This document shows, in pieces, positions 13,131 to 26,519 of a stretch of DNA of 59,244 nt. The position numbers and the translations under genes are program-made. Below the pieces are notes generated by a model, which saw only the letters and a program-made list of their open reading frames with translations, was not told the DNA's origin and made no database searches. Origin of the DNA: Catajapyx aquilonaris. Its lineage: Eukaryota. The DNA lies in the NCBI GenBank assembly GCA_000934665.2, contig KZ538610.1, positions 1 to 59,244 of the forward strand. The letters are read 5' to 3'. The stretch's first letter is position 1, and each line of letters opens with the position of its first letter.

Positions 13131-16100
13131 CTGAGCTGAAGACGTGATCTGTTGGGCTCGGATGGGATCTGCCTATTTGCGGTGGTAGGAGGGCAATTAC
13201 TGATTTTTGATGCTTGTTCAAGGGTTTGTTGGCAGCCGATTTAGCAGAAACATGTCGATCGAGCTATTGGGCCAGTATGTTACTCATGGAGGAACCAGTA
13301 GACTATAGTTTATGAAATGGCTATGTTGAGCAGAAAATGCAAAAATACAAGTGTCTGAATGTACGGCACAAATTAGGTAGAATTTGGTTCCCTTGGCCAG
13401 GAACAATGTATCCTGTCTGAATGTTTCCCGAGGCTGCGCTCCACCGCGAGAAGTTGTGAATATTTAAGGGTAACGATCGAGGCAAATCATCGCACAAATG
13501 CCAACAGCACTGATTGTGCCCGGAGGTGGTTATTCGCAAACATGCACTGTACAGAGGTAGAGGTTTAAAAATTCATAAGAGGCAATTCATCTAACACGTC
13601 CCTATATAGTGTATACGTGACCTACCCTATATATATACGCTTAATGGTATTTCACAGTTTTCTTGGGAACAAGTATTTGAACGGGTGGAAAATCCGTGGT
13701 TATTTGCTCATGGGCCACTGCGGTCCTAAGCTTCAGTTCATTTTGTATTCAGGTATCGCACTCTTAGCCCGAAAGTGGGACGTGAGCTTACATTCATGGC
13801 ATAGTTGCATATGTTACAGGATGATGTCCCCACCTTGAGTCAACCGTCTGCCATAAGTTGGACACTCATCCTGTATGGGCGCGCCTACTTTTGCCATTTC
13901 GCACCCCTACATTGTCAACATAAGTAGAGATAGGGCAGGTTCACAGCGTTACGTAACACCAGTCAATATAAATAAAATAAATAAATACGAATTTGTTATT
14001 TGATTATTATTTATAGCAGTGTATAGGTCTACAGTTGATGCCACTCCAACACCTCTGATTATAGCGATATCCCACAGCGGCAGCATCCAAACGCGTACCT
14101 TTTGCCGGCTATAGATCTTTTGGCTGGGACCCCCATGTGGTCGGTGGTGGCAGTTCCCAGTCGAGCTGCTGCTATCTTCCGGTGTCATCAGCAGCAACAT
14201 TTGAAAAGCTGCTGTGCACCCACCAGTTGGAAATGATCTCCGGTAGATGCAGGATCCCACACACACACACGCGCCCATGTATGCGCCTGCATTACAGTAG
14301 CGTGATGTATTAATTAGAGCGAATCATTAAATTTTCACACATAGTCACAATATGTGTGAGTAACATGCAGTATGTATGAGTAGGCTATATGTAGTACAGT
14401 AGTACAGTAGTATGAGTTTATATGCAACGTACGTTGCTTCTGAAATAAACGAGCGTTGCATGAACTGCAATAAATAAAATCTCTGATTACATACTGTGAA
14501 TATCTTGGAATTGGAATTTTTCCTAATTAGCTTTGATACAAGTAGGCCTAGTGTAAATTGGTGTGACCCAGATTTTGATTTCAAAAAGGACCTTATTTTG
14601 GAAGATAAATAAAATATGAACCAGGAACGTTCTGGTCATGACTAATGGCTGGATATCAAAGGGGATCAGCAATATGAAACATTTTATGGGGTTTCCATAG
14701 CTGCACGCCTTGTTTTTATTGCCTAGAAAAATATGGGCCGAGTCAGTCATGCTTGCCAAACTAGGCCCATTCTTATCTCGGAAATGCTAAAAATCACCAT
14801 GTTGTCAATTATGTTATATCCGATATGCGTATAATAACAGCCTCGAAGCAACGTAACTGATCTGGTAATGATCACAATGATAAAATTGGCAAATAATGAT
14901 CCCCCCCCTCTGGGAAGGATATGTGGAGCCGAGGCATCGACTGCCTGAGTCTGCCACCTGTGGCCGCGAAAGCGAACTTCCAACTGGATCTGGGCTGGGA
15001 AATCGGTCGAATAGGAAGACTGTACGGTACTGTCATGACTTACAACGGGGTTTCGGTTTTAGTCGGGTCCTTTTTTTTAAAACTGAATCTTATGAACATA
15101 TTAGTGTTTCTAGCAAACTTGCTAGGGGTAGTTTCAGCTCTTAGTGACTTTTCCATTAGCTGCTTATTTTAAGCAGCTTCTAATATTAGTCCGAATTGAT
15201 TTTGTCGCTTTTCTCCTTAGAAGCACTGTACCATGATGGGTGTGTGAAACTAAAGGAGGGTACCAACAAGTAATGCACGCCATGAAACGAGGGCAAAGAG
15301 TAAATGACTTCCTAGTGGCTAACCTTTATTCTGAGAAACTCCGTGCGTAACCTGTATGGGGTGCGGCAGGAGGGGGATGTTCACAGGTGTATACGGCAGG
15401 TGGGTAGACCCCAGTAGGAAGGAAGGGGGGGGACCTGGATCGAAGGAGCCCTCCCCTTGTGGTAGTACTTCCCCTTCTCGTGCTGCGCTGCAGTATAATA
15501 TTAATATCGGTTGGGAAGTAGCAACCCAGTCCAGAGTTTTCCTCCTTTCCTATACAACCTTCCCTCCCTCCTCCCCCAGGAGACACGGGGACGGTTTCTC
15601 GGTAATAAGCCTCTTTTCCCCTGACGGACTCGAATGCATGCGGGGGTGGCTGGGGAGGGAGAGAGAATGGGGGGGAATCGAGGGGCTTGGCGAATTGCGG
15701 CCAAAATTGCAAAGGTGAGGGATGAGTTTACTAGCTCGGGGTATACGGGGGGTTGTATTCGTAGTATACTAACTTTAAGTCGATATTAGCAAGGGAGTTA
15801 ATAGGAGTGACCCAGGTCAGCGCTTCTCAAGGTCACCGCGGAGTATTGGTGGCCGGTATAAAGTGGGGTCAAATTTATTAGCCGGAAACATACGTACACA
15901 TTTTACATTTGCCATGGGTCCTGCATATAGGTAACTTCTAGGATCAAGGTCCTAGATCCTATAAAATGCTGATTGACTCATCCGATCGTTGGAGCTTTAC
16001 ACTGCGTGATGGGTGGGGGCGTCTTTTTGCGCTTCCTTTCACCAACCACCTGATGAACCTTTGCTGACCACAGACTGATAAGGGCTGAGCGAGATCAAAC

Positions 16101-17339
16101 TAACCCCCGGCCTCTTTGAGGCATCAAAAATTTATCGGGAAAGTGTGGGAGGGAAATGTGGATAGTCATAGTGCACTGTATGTCTTATAGAGTTCATATA
16201 TTGAAAGTTTTTGTTGGAAGGCCGCATAATAGCGAAGAGTGCTTTGCTGTCATAATTACAGCCCAACGCAATATTTCGGCTACAGATTTAAGTAGTTGGT
16301 CTGTAAATGTGTTTATGTTTTAATGCGGTGTTAATTATTCGCGCGGATGTATTTATAAAACAAACCGAGGATCACCACCTGGGTGAATCTTGCAGGACAT
16401 TACCCCGCAGGTCGGAGGTGGTGGATAGGGGGAAGTTGTGGTGGGTTTCCGACCGCTCCACTAATTCAGGTGGAGTGGCAGAATTTTACCCCCTTTCAGC
16501 GCTAGAAAATTTCGTTACTTTTTTAGCACTGAAGCTTTCATGTGCACGGATACCATGAGATTGTTCCGTGCTTTATTTCAGCCGCACTTGTTTCATGTCA
16601 CCCGCAGTGAAGTAGCCAAATATTTGCGATAAATTTTGACACACAGGTAGGTTAGTAACGGAAATAATATTTCAATCGAGATGTAGGATCACAATAGCTA
16701 TTAATTATTTTTATGCATATATCTTATAAGAATATATTTTGAGCATTCAATATCTCTCTATATATAGGGAAATGCCTGACAAAAAGACATCTATAATAGC
16801 ACGTCCGAGCTCAATAACCGTTTTGATATCATCTGAAGCCATGCGAGTAACAAGGCGTTCCAGGAATAGACTATATAGACACATCCACTCTACCGATATA
16901 GGAATGCTGTGACATCCAGGTGTGTTCCGACTCTGGCGGAAGAAATAAATTGCCCATCGCTCTGAAGTTATCAACAGCAATTTTGTCATATAGTGCATAC
17001 AGGACTATATCCGTCGAGCCAAAGGCCAATTTATTTTCTTTCGCCCGACCGAGCTAGCGGCCAATTAATCCTCAGTCTAGGTGTTGTTTTCCTCATATTA
17101 TGAGAAGCACACTAAATGAGGATAACTGGTGTCGCGTCAATGACCCGTACTGTCGAGTGAAATATAAGTGGGATAACTTTCATCTCCGATCGAGTTATAC
17201 AGTATATGTTGTCGAGATGATGGGAGTGGACGTCTGCTATATGTATAGGGAAAGGGAGGAGGAATATATTTGGTTCTCTTGCCGGATTCTCTCGCACGTT
17301 GCATTCGAAAAGAGAGAGAGAGAGAGAGGGGGGGGGGGG

Positions 17340-17999
17340 TCCCACCGAATTTTAGCGACGTAGTGGAAATAAGGTCGGGGGGCACGGGAGGGCTGGGAGG
17401 GGTCGGCACGCAGCTAACAAGGCCTGAGGTCCTTAGGGACAAGCAGCCAACATGGATATGATTCTGGGACTCGTTTTCCTAATGCCATCCAACTCCCCTT
17501 CGTGCCCCCAGACCATCACGCCCTCTCTATGTGCTAGCCACCAGATAGTGCAAAACCTGATGAACCTGGTCATGGCTGAGAAAAAAATACTTGTGATTAT
17601 TATTTGGACAGTACAATACATTAGAGAGGGGACAGTCTATAAGGAAGAAGAAATGCTATGATGCTTGTGTCCAGTGAGGCGGGTGTAATCCCATTTGACT
17701 TGGTGCAATATTTAGCGGTCTCCACGGGTGTTTCCAGGACTCGGGGTTTCTCCGGAGGCCAATCCATGTCATTCGGAGGCGGGGGTCTCCATGGGGAGTG
17801 CCCACACCATCCCTTACGCAATCCCCCCCGTTCCATTCCTTACCCGGCCACCCACCCCATAGCCGAGGTACCTCTCCACCGCCACCGCCTCCTCACCTGG
17901 GGTTTCCATGGCACCCAGGAGGACCGTTATCCCTCTTCTCTGCTCCATGATTTCCGCTCAGATTACGGGGAGGTGAAAGCGAGTCCACGACTCTTCTAG
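17340..17999 (+). pseudogene. Decayed LINE (Jockey/I-like) RT fragment
   Basis: In order: TQLTR, LGLVFL, IVQNLMNL...IWTVQYIREGT, EAGVIP (AGVPQG-like) and RHRLLTWGFH (LD..LTW..H-like), spread over several frames. Confidence 0.5.
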
Positions 18000-19281
18000 C
18001 CACACCGGATTCTCAGAGTCACTTTGTTGCACCCTTTTTCTTGGATGATGGAATGGACGATCAAGAATGCAGCGATGCGCGTACTCCCGACGATAATTAT
18101 TGTTATGCGGTAATTGGCACGGGCCGCTTATCGGGTGACCTTCGCACAGTGGCAACGTCGTGATAGCCTAGTTTCTTATGTGATTGCAACGGTACTTGTC
18201 GTTTTGAATTGGCGTCAGTCCGCCTTTATGTTTAGCGTACACGTGTATGCCAGTATGTGGAACGTTTGGGGACACATGTCAGAGTGTCCGGAAAAGATTT
18301 TGGGATCGATCTGGAGTGTGCAAGGCAGGTCACGTGTCTTAAGTAAGGGATTACCTGAGATCAGGCTAAGTACAAATTTTTTTCCATTAGCCCACTTCGT
18401 GCAGGATGAATAGTAGTTTCAGGCCCATTGCTAGGGCTATATTAAGTGGTGAAAATAAATAGCCAAAAAAATGGGCAGCCCCGGGTCGAAGGGAGCACAA
18501 AAGCGGGGGCCAGAGAAGTGTATAGTGGAGGAGGCAGGGAGGGGCGGAGGGTATAGAAAAGGTAAAAAAAAAGGTGGGCCAGACAGCAAGTGGGTGGGTG
18601 TGTGCCCACGTGGAAGGTGAATGACCCCTCTTACATTCGGTCACCACCCTCGGTTGCTAGGTGCCTCCCTCACCAGCCCGAAGTGGTAGCAGTAGGGACA
18701 GAGTGGGGGTGGGGAGTTGAAGAAGTGGAAATAAGAAAGAAAAAAAAGTAAATGGGGAAGGGGTTCAGAAAATATCATTGTGGCTGAGTAGACCCGATAC
18801 TATGGGAGGACACAGTTTCTTCAACCTTTGATGTCAGATGCACCTATACCTAATTCAAAATACGCGTTTTTGCATAGTCTGATATGCCATCTACCTTGCA
18901 TTGTCATATATCGGTCAGGAAATCCGCAGATAAAAATATATAGTATATAAAATTTTAAGATTCGGTGTAACGTTTTAAAGAGTTTTCACTCAGTTCTAAA
19001 TTTATCATTGTAGTTGTGGAATTTGCCTGTACAGTACTGAACAGACGAACTGTACTCAGTTTTCTTGACAGTTGTGTCGGCATATTTTAGGTGGTAGAGA
19101 TGGCTGACAGCTGCTTTGCTCCAGGTGTTACAATAATGCATTCCTTCCGGGGGTGAGTCGGAAGTGGTGGAGAGGAACCACGATGATGAACACGGGTGCA
19201 AGTTAATTAAACAGTTCCTGAAGATATAACAGCAAGCTTCTCTGATGGCCTTTGGACCACAACTATGCAGGGAAATAGCAA

Positions 19282-19536
19282 CATACTGTATTTCTATAGG
19301 TGAGACCAAGTGCCTATAATGCACCTGGAAGTTAAGGGCTGTGTAATTACTATGAAATCCACAAACGACTATTTCTAGCTGATATCGGCAATATTAGCTC
19401 TAATATTAGGTTCATCTAGGCTAATATTTCCGATAGCAGCTAGAAATAATCGTTTGTGGAATTCATCGTAATTACACATCCCTCAACTTCCAGGTGCATT
19501 ATAGGCACTTGGTCTCACGTATAGAAATACTGTATG
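19282..19536. repeat. Long palindrome (~115-bp arms), probable MITE
   Basis: gtgagaccaagtgcctataatgcacctggaagtt pairs with aacttccaggtgcattataggcacttggtctcac, and pairing continues inward to a short loop. Confidence 0.8.
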
Positions 19537-20795
19537 CACTACCCCTTATAGAGAAATGTAGTGATGGTGTTGTTGTTTGTTGTTGTATGCAAAAAAATAG
19601 CACCTGAACCTGGTATGAAGGTTTTATCAAATGAAATTCAAACCTGGATTTTACCACCAGGGGTTAAATCCCCCCCTCCCCTCCTACACAACAATAGGCT
19701 TATAATATTTGATAGGCGTCCTAGGAAAGTCGACATGACCCTAAATGAAAGGAAATTTAGGTGGGGTTTCCGGAAAGGGGAGGCTGGAAGAGAGAGGGGG
19801 GGGGGGGATAAGCCTTTTTCGGCGGGTGATTGGTTACTTGGCACAAGTCCAACCTCTTCTCCCTCCTCTCCCCTTTTATCTTCCTCGACTATAGGTTCTA
19901 TGGCTGCTAGTGTTTTCGGTTTAACTGGACGACATGGCAACGTTTCCCCAAAGATTCCCCCTCCGTATCCTAGGTCGCCCCCTCCTTTACCTTAGGACAC
20001 GGAATCGATAGAGAGGGTGGAAAGAGAAGGATGGGGGGTGGGGGAGAGAGAGAAGTTTCCCCTCTTTCTCCCACAGTACTCCCCTCTTTCCTCCACCCCC
20101 CAATTCCCTTCTACCCGGAGCCAACTTCACCGCCTTGTGCCTTCCACTCCTGTCATGAAGAAGGTTGGCCTATACTCCTGGCGGGGGTGAGATGAGTGAG
20201 GAGAGCATGGAGGGGGAAGTGGGGAGAAAGGATGGGGAAAAGGAAAAGGAGGATGGGGAAAACAGAAAGAAAAAAAAGAAGAAGAGGAGGGAAGGGTAGA
20301 GCCAGTGGCCAAAGTTCTCCCGAGACCCAACCTCCCTCTTCTCCCCCCCACGATCTCGTTTGGGGTGGGAGGCTGAGGGGGAAGAGGGGGGGGGGGGCAG
20401 ATTTATTGTAGCCCGACGTGAAGTTTTTGGCCTCCTGTGAGACTCGCAGGAGGGGGAAGAAACAGGGGGGAACACTCTTCCCACCACCCACATCGGAGAA
20501 GAAGGAAAAAAAAATGGGGGAAGGAGAGGAGGGAAGGGGATTTAATGTTTCCGAGACCGCCCTCCTGCCCGCTAAGTTGCGATTTTCAAACTGTGGAAAA
20601 ATGTATGCAGTATTCAAACTGTTATCAGTCGCTGCTACTTTTAACTATGTTCATATAATAATTCAGTATGTTATTAGTCGCTGCTACTTTTAACTATGTT
20701 CATATAATAATTCAGTATGTTATTAGTCGCTGCTACTTTTAGCACGGTTCATTTTCCGGCCGGATAATATTCAACGTGTTATCAGTCGCTGCTAC

Positions 20796-21096
20796 CGAAG
20801 CAGTGGTAGCGGAGGGGATATGGTATCCGACTGCTAATCGGGAGGTCCTGGGTTCGAATCCCGGGGGCCGCCGACCCTGACCGTAGTTTTCTGTGGTTTC
20901 CCATGGTCTCACCAGGAAAATTCCGGGGTCGTGGCCGTAATTATAGGCCACAGACGCTTCCTTCCGTCCATATCCCATCCCCATATAAGAGAAGTAAAAA
21001 CGAAAGTAAGAGTTCCAGATTTTTTAAAAAATTGGTGGTATCCCACCCCCCTAAGAGGGCCCATGGCTCTAGCACACGGGGTACAAATTATTATTA
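20796..21096 (+). mobile_element. tRNA-derived SINE, family B
   Basis: A-box-like TAGCGGAGGGG, B box GGTTCGAATCC, (TTA)n tail, TSD ttatcagtcgctgctac at 20779-20795 and 21097-21113 (within a minisatellite). The body ctgaccgtagttttctgtggtttccc...taggccacagacgcttccttcc resembles insect Talua-type SINE bodies as I recall them. Confidence 0.88.
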
Positions 21097-21151
21097 TTAT
21101 CAGTCGCTGCTACTTTTAACCATGTTTATATACAGTAATTCAGTCTGTTAT

Positions 21152-21826
21152 TAGGAGAGGTCTGGATTTATAGACAAATGCATATTTAGTTCCTTAACAG
21201 TTGGAATGGTTTTGTGAAGAGATCTATACAAGGGGGTAACCACTTCGGTACTCCGGTGTACACCTGCGAGTGGTACTCCCAGGTACTCCTTAGGTACCTT
21301 ACTCTTTGGTACTCATTGAATTTGGTACTCCAGTGTACACATTTCAGTCGAGTGGTTAACCCCTCGGATCTATCCGTTTTATAAGTTTAGGATGGGAAAA
21401 TGTAGGTTTTATAGTGGCCTAAAATGGCCTGGTTTTGGAAACTATTTTGCCTATTCTGGCTTTTTGCGACTTTTCATTTATTTAGAAAAATATTTGGCAA
21501 CATATTGTGCAAGTGGAAACTAGCTATAAGCGGAGTCCAGAGCAAGTGATACTTGCTTGCACTTAGTGCCTTTTGCCCAAGTTTCGTGATTTCCTGTCAG
21601 TTTATCGTTGTTATTCGGTTTTTTCTATGGGTTGTCATATATTTATACTGTATGGCTATAAAATTATTCTAGCTTTTTAAATTTTCTGTAATATTATCCT
21701 CCATATGCCCAAAAAAGTACAATTTTTGTGCCTATTTGAAGTTTTTTCGTTCCTATTTAAGTGCCTATTTGAGCGATTTTTTCGTGCCTATTTCGGTGTT
21801 TTTCGTGCCTAAAAATCCGGACTCTA
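21152..21826. mobile_element. Degenerate non-autonomous DNA element (hAT-like ends) inserted in the minisatellite
   Basis: Right end gcctaaaaatccggactcta with subterminal gtgcctattt repeats. The left end gagaggtctggatttatagac is an imperfect inverse. It splits a tattag|tcgct repeat core. Confidence 0.5.
21229..21366. mobile_element. Small hAT-like MITE nested in the previous element
   Basis: Ends CAAGGGGGTAACCACT / AGTGGTTAACCCCTCG, near-TSD gatctata / gatctatc, internal ggtactc repeats. Confidence 0.55.
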
Positions 21827-23199
21827 GTCGCTACTACTTTTAGCATGGTTCATTTTCCGGCCGGATAATATTCAACCTGTTATTAGTCGCTGCTACTTTT
21901 AGCACGGTTCATTTTCTGGCCGTATTAGTCGCTGCTACTTTTAGCGCCACCGGGGTTTCTGCCTCTTTTCCGGCCGGATAATTGGTGCAACCTGTCTAGG
22001 TGGCCAGATTTGATGCGGCAGGTGTACTTAATAGCAGGTATTAAGTAAGGGACGTCAGGAGCGACGGTGCTCCTGGCCGTCATTAGCCAGGCCATTTCTG
22101 AGAGTGGTAATAGGTGGGAGGAGCCGACCCATCGCTGGTAAAGTGGGCCAATGACGTGGGTGATATGGAGAGATGCATGACTGGCTTATAAATGGAGGGG
22201 GGTGACACTTGCGACACTTTGCGGCTTTTAATCCGGGTGTGTCGAGGTGAATTAAATGCGACGGTGTTTTTGAGATGCAACTAACTTGTTCAAGTCCTAC
22301 GCCGTTTTTTTTCTGCAAAAAAGTCAAAGTTACGTAAAATATTGGTGGATTCAATATTTTTTCACACACTCATGGATACCATTTGTGACACGAGGACAAA
22401 AAAAAAATACTCCCATCTCGCGTAGCCATAGTTTCCTCACTGAAATGTACCCTACATAAAATGAATGCCTGCATGAAAAGAATATTGAATTTGCGTACGC
22501 AGCACGTTTTTTTTGTTCCTTACAACCGGCGGCCATGCAGTGAACAAATAACATCGGAGTTAAATGTGGATTTAATGTTACACCCAAATTCACAGGGATT
22601 TAATGCTGAAGGGGGGCGTTCCCTTTCATTGCCTTTCGCCCGGTACACCACTTACGAAGAACACTGCCACACATTCGCCCACCCCGGGGCCAGAACAGTG
22701 TATATTTGCCCCTATTTTGCCAAAGGTAACAGCCGCGTCCTTTGTAAGTGACACAAGCCCATACTGAAATAGAGACAATAAAAGCCAGCAGACCTCATTA
22801 AATTCATGCCAATTTCGCTCGCAATATTAAAATCAAAGTTAACCTATACCACCAGTTGGACTCCCAAGTTTTTTTTTTTCAAACATACGCCAAAATTGAC
22901 ACCAACTTATTTCAAAAAACCCTCTCTACCCCACCCCTCTTGAGTAAAAATCGTTCTGCCGCTACTGCGCCCTACTCCCCACATTCCCCCTCCAAAATCA
23001 ACCCTCCAGCCATTTTGGTTGCGTCACTAGCAAACTCTCTTCTGGGCGTTCCGTCCAGTGGCACTCACTGTTCCCCTAGAGATAAGCCCCACTTCCCCCA
23101 CCCTCACCAAACAATTCTTTTAAAAAAAAATGTAAGAAAAGTTAGTCCCATGGAATTTCTAGAGATTGACATTTCCAAATTTATGTATTGTAAGAAAAC

Positions 23200-24041
23200 A
23201 GTCACCAATTGTTTCTTGGCAAATCCGGTTAGTAGATTGGCTCCACCCCTCATTTTGTGGCAATCAGAGGTGCCATTGAAGCGCCAAAACAGCTACATTG
23301 CGTAATCACACGGATGAAAATGAGGCCCATTGCTGCCAGAGCTGTTTGGATTTAATGCCTGCTCAGCTTGAGAGGACGTGAAGGGAGCAACAAGTTAGCG
23401 CCATTTACTCGCCCATAATCTTCTGATATACAGCTGACCAATGGACAATGGGCTGAGCAAATTCTGATTATTTTCTTGCTATAGCTGGATCCACCAAAGT
23501 TGAACCCACATTAAATTATAACTTACCCTGGGTGGAAAGTTTCGTCACCCTAACTCTAGCCTGAGAGAAAACTGCGAACCTCGTTGGGGCCCGTGGGACA
23601 GATGGTCCTGATCGTGGTCAGATGCTGGAAGTGCTACACCAAACCAGGAGATCCTGTATATAGGTGGGAGCCGATAAACGTATATACTCGCGGCCAGGGG
23701 CGAATGGCCCCGCCTCGAACCAAAGGGCGGAAAGGTAATCTGCCCCGAACAGGTATACCAAGAACAAAACAAGTGTCATGTAATGTCAACAATTTTACGT
23801 CAGTGACGGTGATTCGCCCACATGTTTTGCTTTGTCGTATCGGGTTTGGGTGCAGGTCATCCCAGGGTTGAACAAATATTTGTCTAAAATTGGCAGGTTT
23901 TGGACCGACTTTTGAAGGTCGGGGTGTCATCTCTGGACGTTGCTCCTTGAATATACCGGTGGGTTTCAGTTCAAGGGATGTTTTGGATTGTTGACCCCCT
24001 ATATGACCAGTTTTAAAGGGACGAAACCAGTTGGAAGCCAT
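23200..24041 (-). pseudogene. Decayed non-LTR (LINE) reverse transcriptase fragment
   Basis: TGIFKEQRPEMTPRPSK..PKPANFRQI resembles G.FP..WK.A.V.PIPK..P.NYRPI. FGSRRGHS resembles QFGFR.GHS. GVALPASDHDQDHLSH resembles AVFLD..KAFD.V.H. Motifs are in the right order across frameshifts; the downstream boundary is approximate. Confidence 0.6.
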
Positions 24042-24829
24042 ATTTGCTTGTCAGGACTGTTTTTTTTATCCTTGAATTGGTAGCTGAGGTAAACAATATA
24101 TTCTGCTTTGAACTGGGGACTTGAACAGCCTTTCGTTTCTTTTTTTCAGTTATACAAACGACGCATTAGTCTATAATATATGGCAGTGAAAGTTTCTTGT
24201 ATGGACGATAATTTGGATTCGATTCGCAGTCTATGAAACCTGAGTAGTGCCACTCAATTCATCTCAGTACTCAATTCATCTCTCAGACTTCCCATTCTCT
24301 TCTTCATCTAGAGATTGAGAACAATGCTTACCGGTACGTGCGTCGAGGAGGGGCTTCTGTCGCTATAAAAAGCTGTTTGATGTTTTCCTCCCATTTGAAG
24401 CGGAATTATTTAACATTCTTCCGTGTATATTGATAGCAAATTAATCCGTGCTTTGATGCTAATCATGGTGGCATTACTCAAGAAGATAATGCTGGAGGAA
24501 AATAATTATAGTCGAATATTACGGAATTGCCGAACGGTTTTCATTGGACTCATTGCTGTTGGAGCGGTTGTTGATTAGTCTGCAGTCAACAGTGTGTTTT
24601 GTTACAATGTTCATGGTACAGCACTTGTTTGGCCCACAGGGCACAGTCCCGCAGCGTTTCCGACATCTAAATCGGGCACCACCGAATGTGTAGCTATATA
24701 ATTACATAGTATAGTACATACGTAGTTGAGCTTTAGACTAATACACTTACGCAATTAACTTGGTAGAAACGGCCAGGTTCTGGGAGGCAGACATTGGGCC
24801 TTCTGAGTCCCACTTGCAGAGCGTACCCA

Positions 24830-26381
24830 CAGTGGCGCACCCCCCCCCCCCCGAAATGTGTAAAAAAATTGCAATGAATGTAAGTTACGTAGAAATAAGA
24901 AGCTATAATAACACTATATGCAACATCATATTTGCCCATGTAAATTAATTGCTATTTTCGTGTTCCTTAGGTCACTCGTAACTAATAATGGCCATTCATT
25001 TTGTCTTCGATTTGTTTTTGACCTCGGGGCAGTCAAAAAACCAAAAGCCTCAAAAATAGGGGGTGTTTCTCAATCAAGTGGGCCTATATGTTGCTAGTCC
25101 ATCTCGGATTTTGCTGAAAGAAATCACAGCTGTACACACATATGCCATAACCCTGTATACCAAGTTTCAGCCAAATTGCGAAATACCGTGGGGAGGAAAA
25201 AAATTGCGAATTCTGGGAAATGGGGCCTTTTTTGGATATTTTTTTCGGTTAGTGGACGTGGTCAACATCCAATCGACATAGACATCAACTAAAAGAGAAT
25301 CATCACGAGGAGAACGCGTTTTCCTCTGAAATGTTGCCAGAAAAACGTGTGTGGCATTCCATGGGTCACATGTCCAAGAATTTGGGTCCTTGAGAATAAA
25401 TGCATATCTGCAAAAAATGCGGTATCTATTATTTTCTCGCGAGCCATGCATGACCCAGGATTTAAACTGACTATATTAAATCTGGTATGGGTCACAACTC
25501 CTGTCACCAAATATGGCTGCTCTTACGCAAATACATCACTAATTATTGTTGGGGTCTAAATACTTGGGAATGTGATTGATGGAATGCTACACACGTTTTT
25601 CTGGGTGCAATTTCGAGAAAAACAAATTCTATAGTCGCTTTCTCCTCGTGATTCCCTTTCGATTGATGTATATGTTGATTGGGTTTTGACCACTTTCAAT
25701 AACAAAAAAAAATATCCAAAGAAGACCAAATTTCCACAATTTCGCGGTTTTTTCCCCCCCTCTCCACGGTATTTCGCAATTTGGCTGAAACTTGATATGC
25801 AGTGTTATGGCATAGGCGTGTACAGCTGTGATTTTTATCACCAGAATCGGAGATGGTCTAGCAACATTTCGGCCCTCTGGATTAGTGGGAAAAAAAACCC
25901 AAATATTTCGAGGATTTGTGTTTTTTTTTTTCCTGCCCCGAGCTCAAAATCAAATCCAAGACAAAATGAATGGTCATTATGAGTTACGAGTGACCTATAA
26001 TGAACACCGAAATGGCGGCGATGAATTCCCATGGACAAATGTCGTGTTGCATAGTGTACGCCGTAATACCTGAACTCTACAGCTGTAGCCTGTAGGGGTC
26101 CAGGGCTGGTGGCAGGGTGAGGGAGGGCCAGAAAGTACATGAGAGAAATTCTATGGAACAATTTCATTTTCACCTTTTCATGCAATATTGAGATTCTATG
26201 AGTCGGGGAACACCGTATACCCCTGCGTTCCCCCCCCCCCCNCCCCCCCCCCCCCAGAAAAAAGGAAAACCAGGGAAAGACTGAAAAAAACACTAATAAT
26301 TTGCACTTATGCATAATTCGAATGTTTCAAAATCCCCGCCCCCGCCCCAGCCCCGGGAAAAAAAATCTGGGTGCGCCACTG
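24830..26381. mobile_element. Probable hAT-type MITE of the CAGTGGCGCACCC family, interrupted by a nested element
   Basis: Ends are CAGTGGCGCACCC and CTGGGTGCGCCACTG, as in 11067-11601. No matching TSD, so the two ends could belong to separate copies. Confidence 0.55.
24912..26056. mobile_element. Foldback / long-TIR non-autonomous DNA element (Tc1/mariner-like ends)
   Basis: Diverged inverted arms of ~470-500 bp (about 24912-25390 and 25551-26056), e.g. caagtttcagccaaattgcgaaataccgtgg and its exact reverse complement. Ends are cactat(at)gcaaca / tgttgcatagtg followed by TA. Confidence 0.8.
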
Positions 26382-26519
26382 GTCGAAGAGCTGTAAATAC
26401 ACACAAATGATGGACGTGTTGGGAACATGTCTGATCCTTCATCATTTCAATTCGTGTAGTATCCTGCAAGTAATCAGCGATGACGGGAATCGCCATCTAT
26501 AGGACATGCTTTAATGTTT

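Larger units (their letters stand above)
20619..21993. repeat. Minisatellite (49- and 59-bp unit variants) interrupted by a SINE and DNA elements
   Basis: Core tt(a/atc)agtcgctgctactttta recurs about 8 times (near 20628, 20677, 20726, 20785, 21103, 21827, 21886, 21927) with two alternative inter-core sequences. Confidence 0.85.

Noticed and set aside
20619..21993. CRISPR-like array (constant core with intervening sequences)
   Set aside because: The intervening sequences are repeated homologous variants rather than unique spacers. No cas genes are present and the context is eukaryotic.
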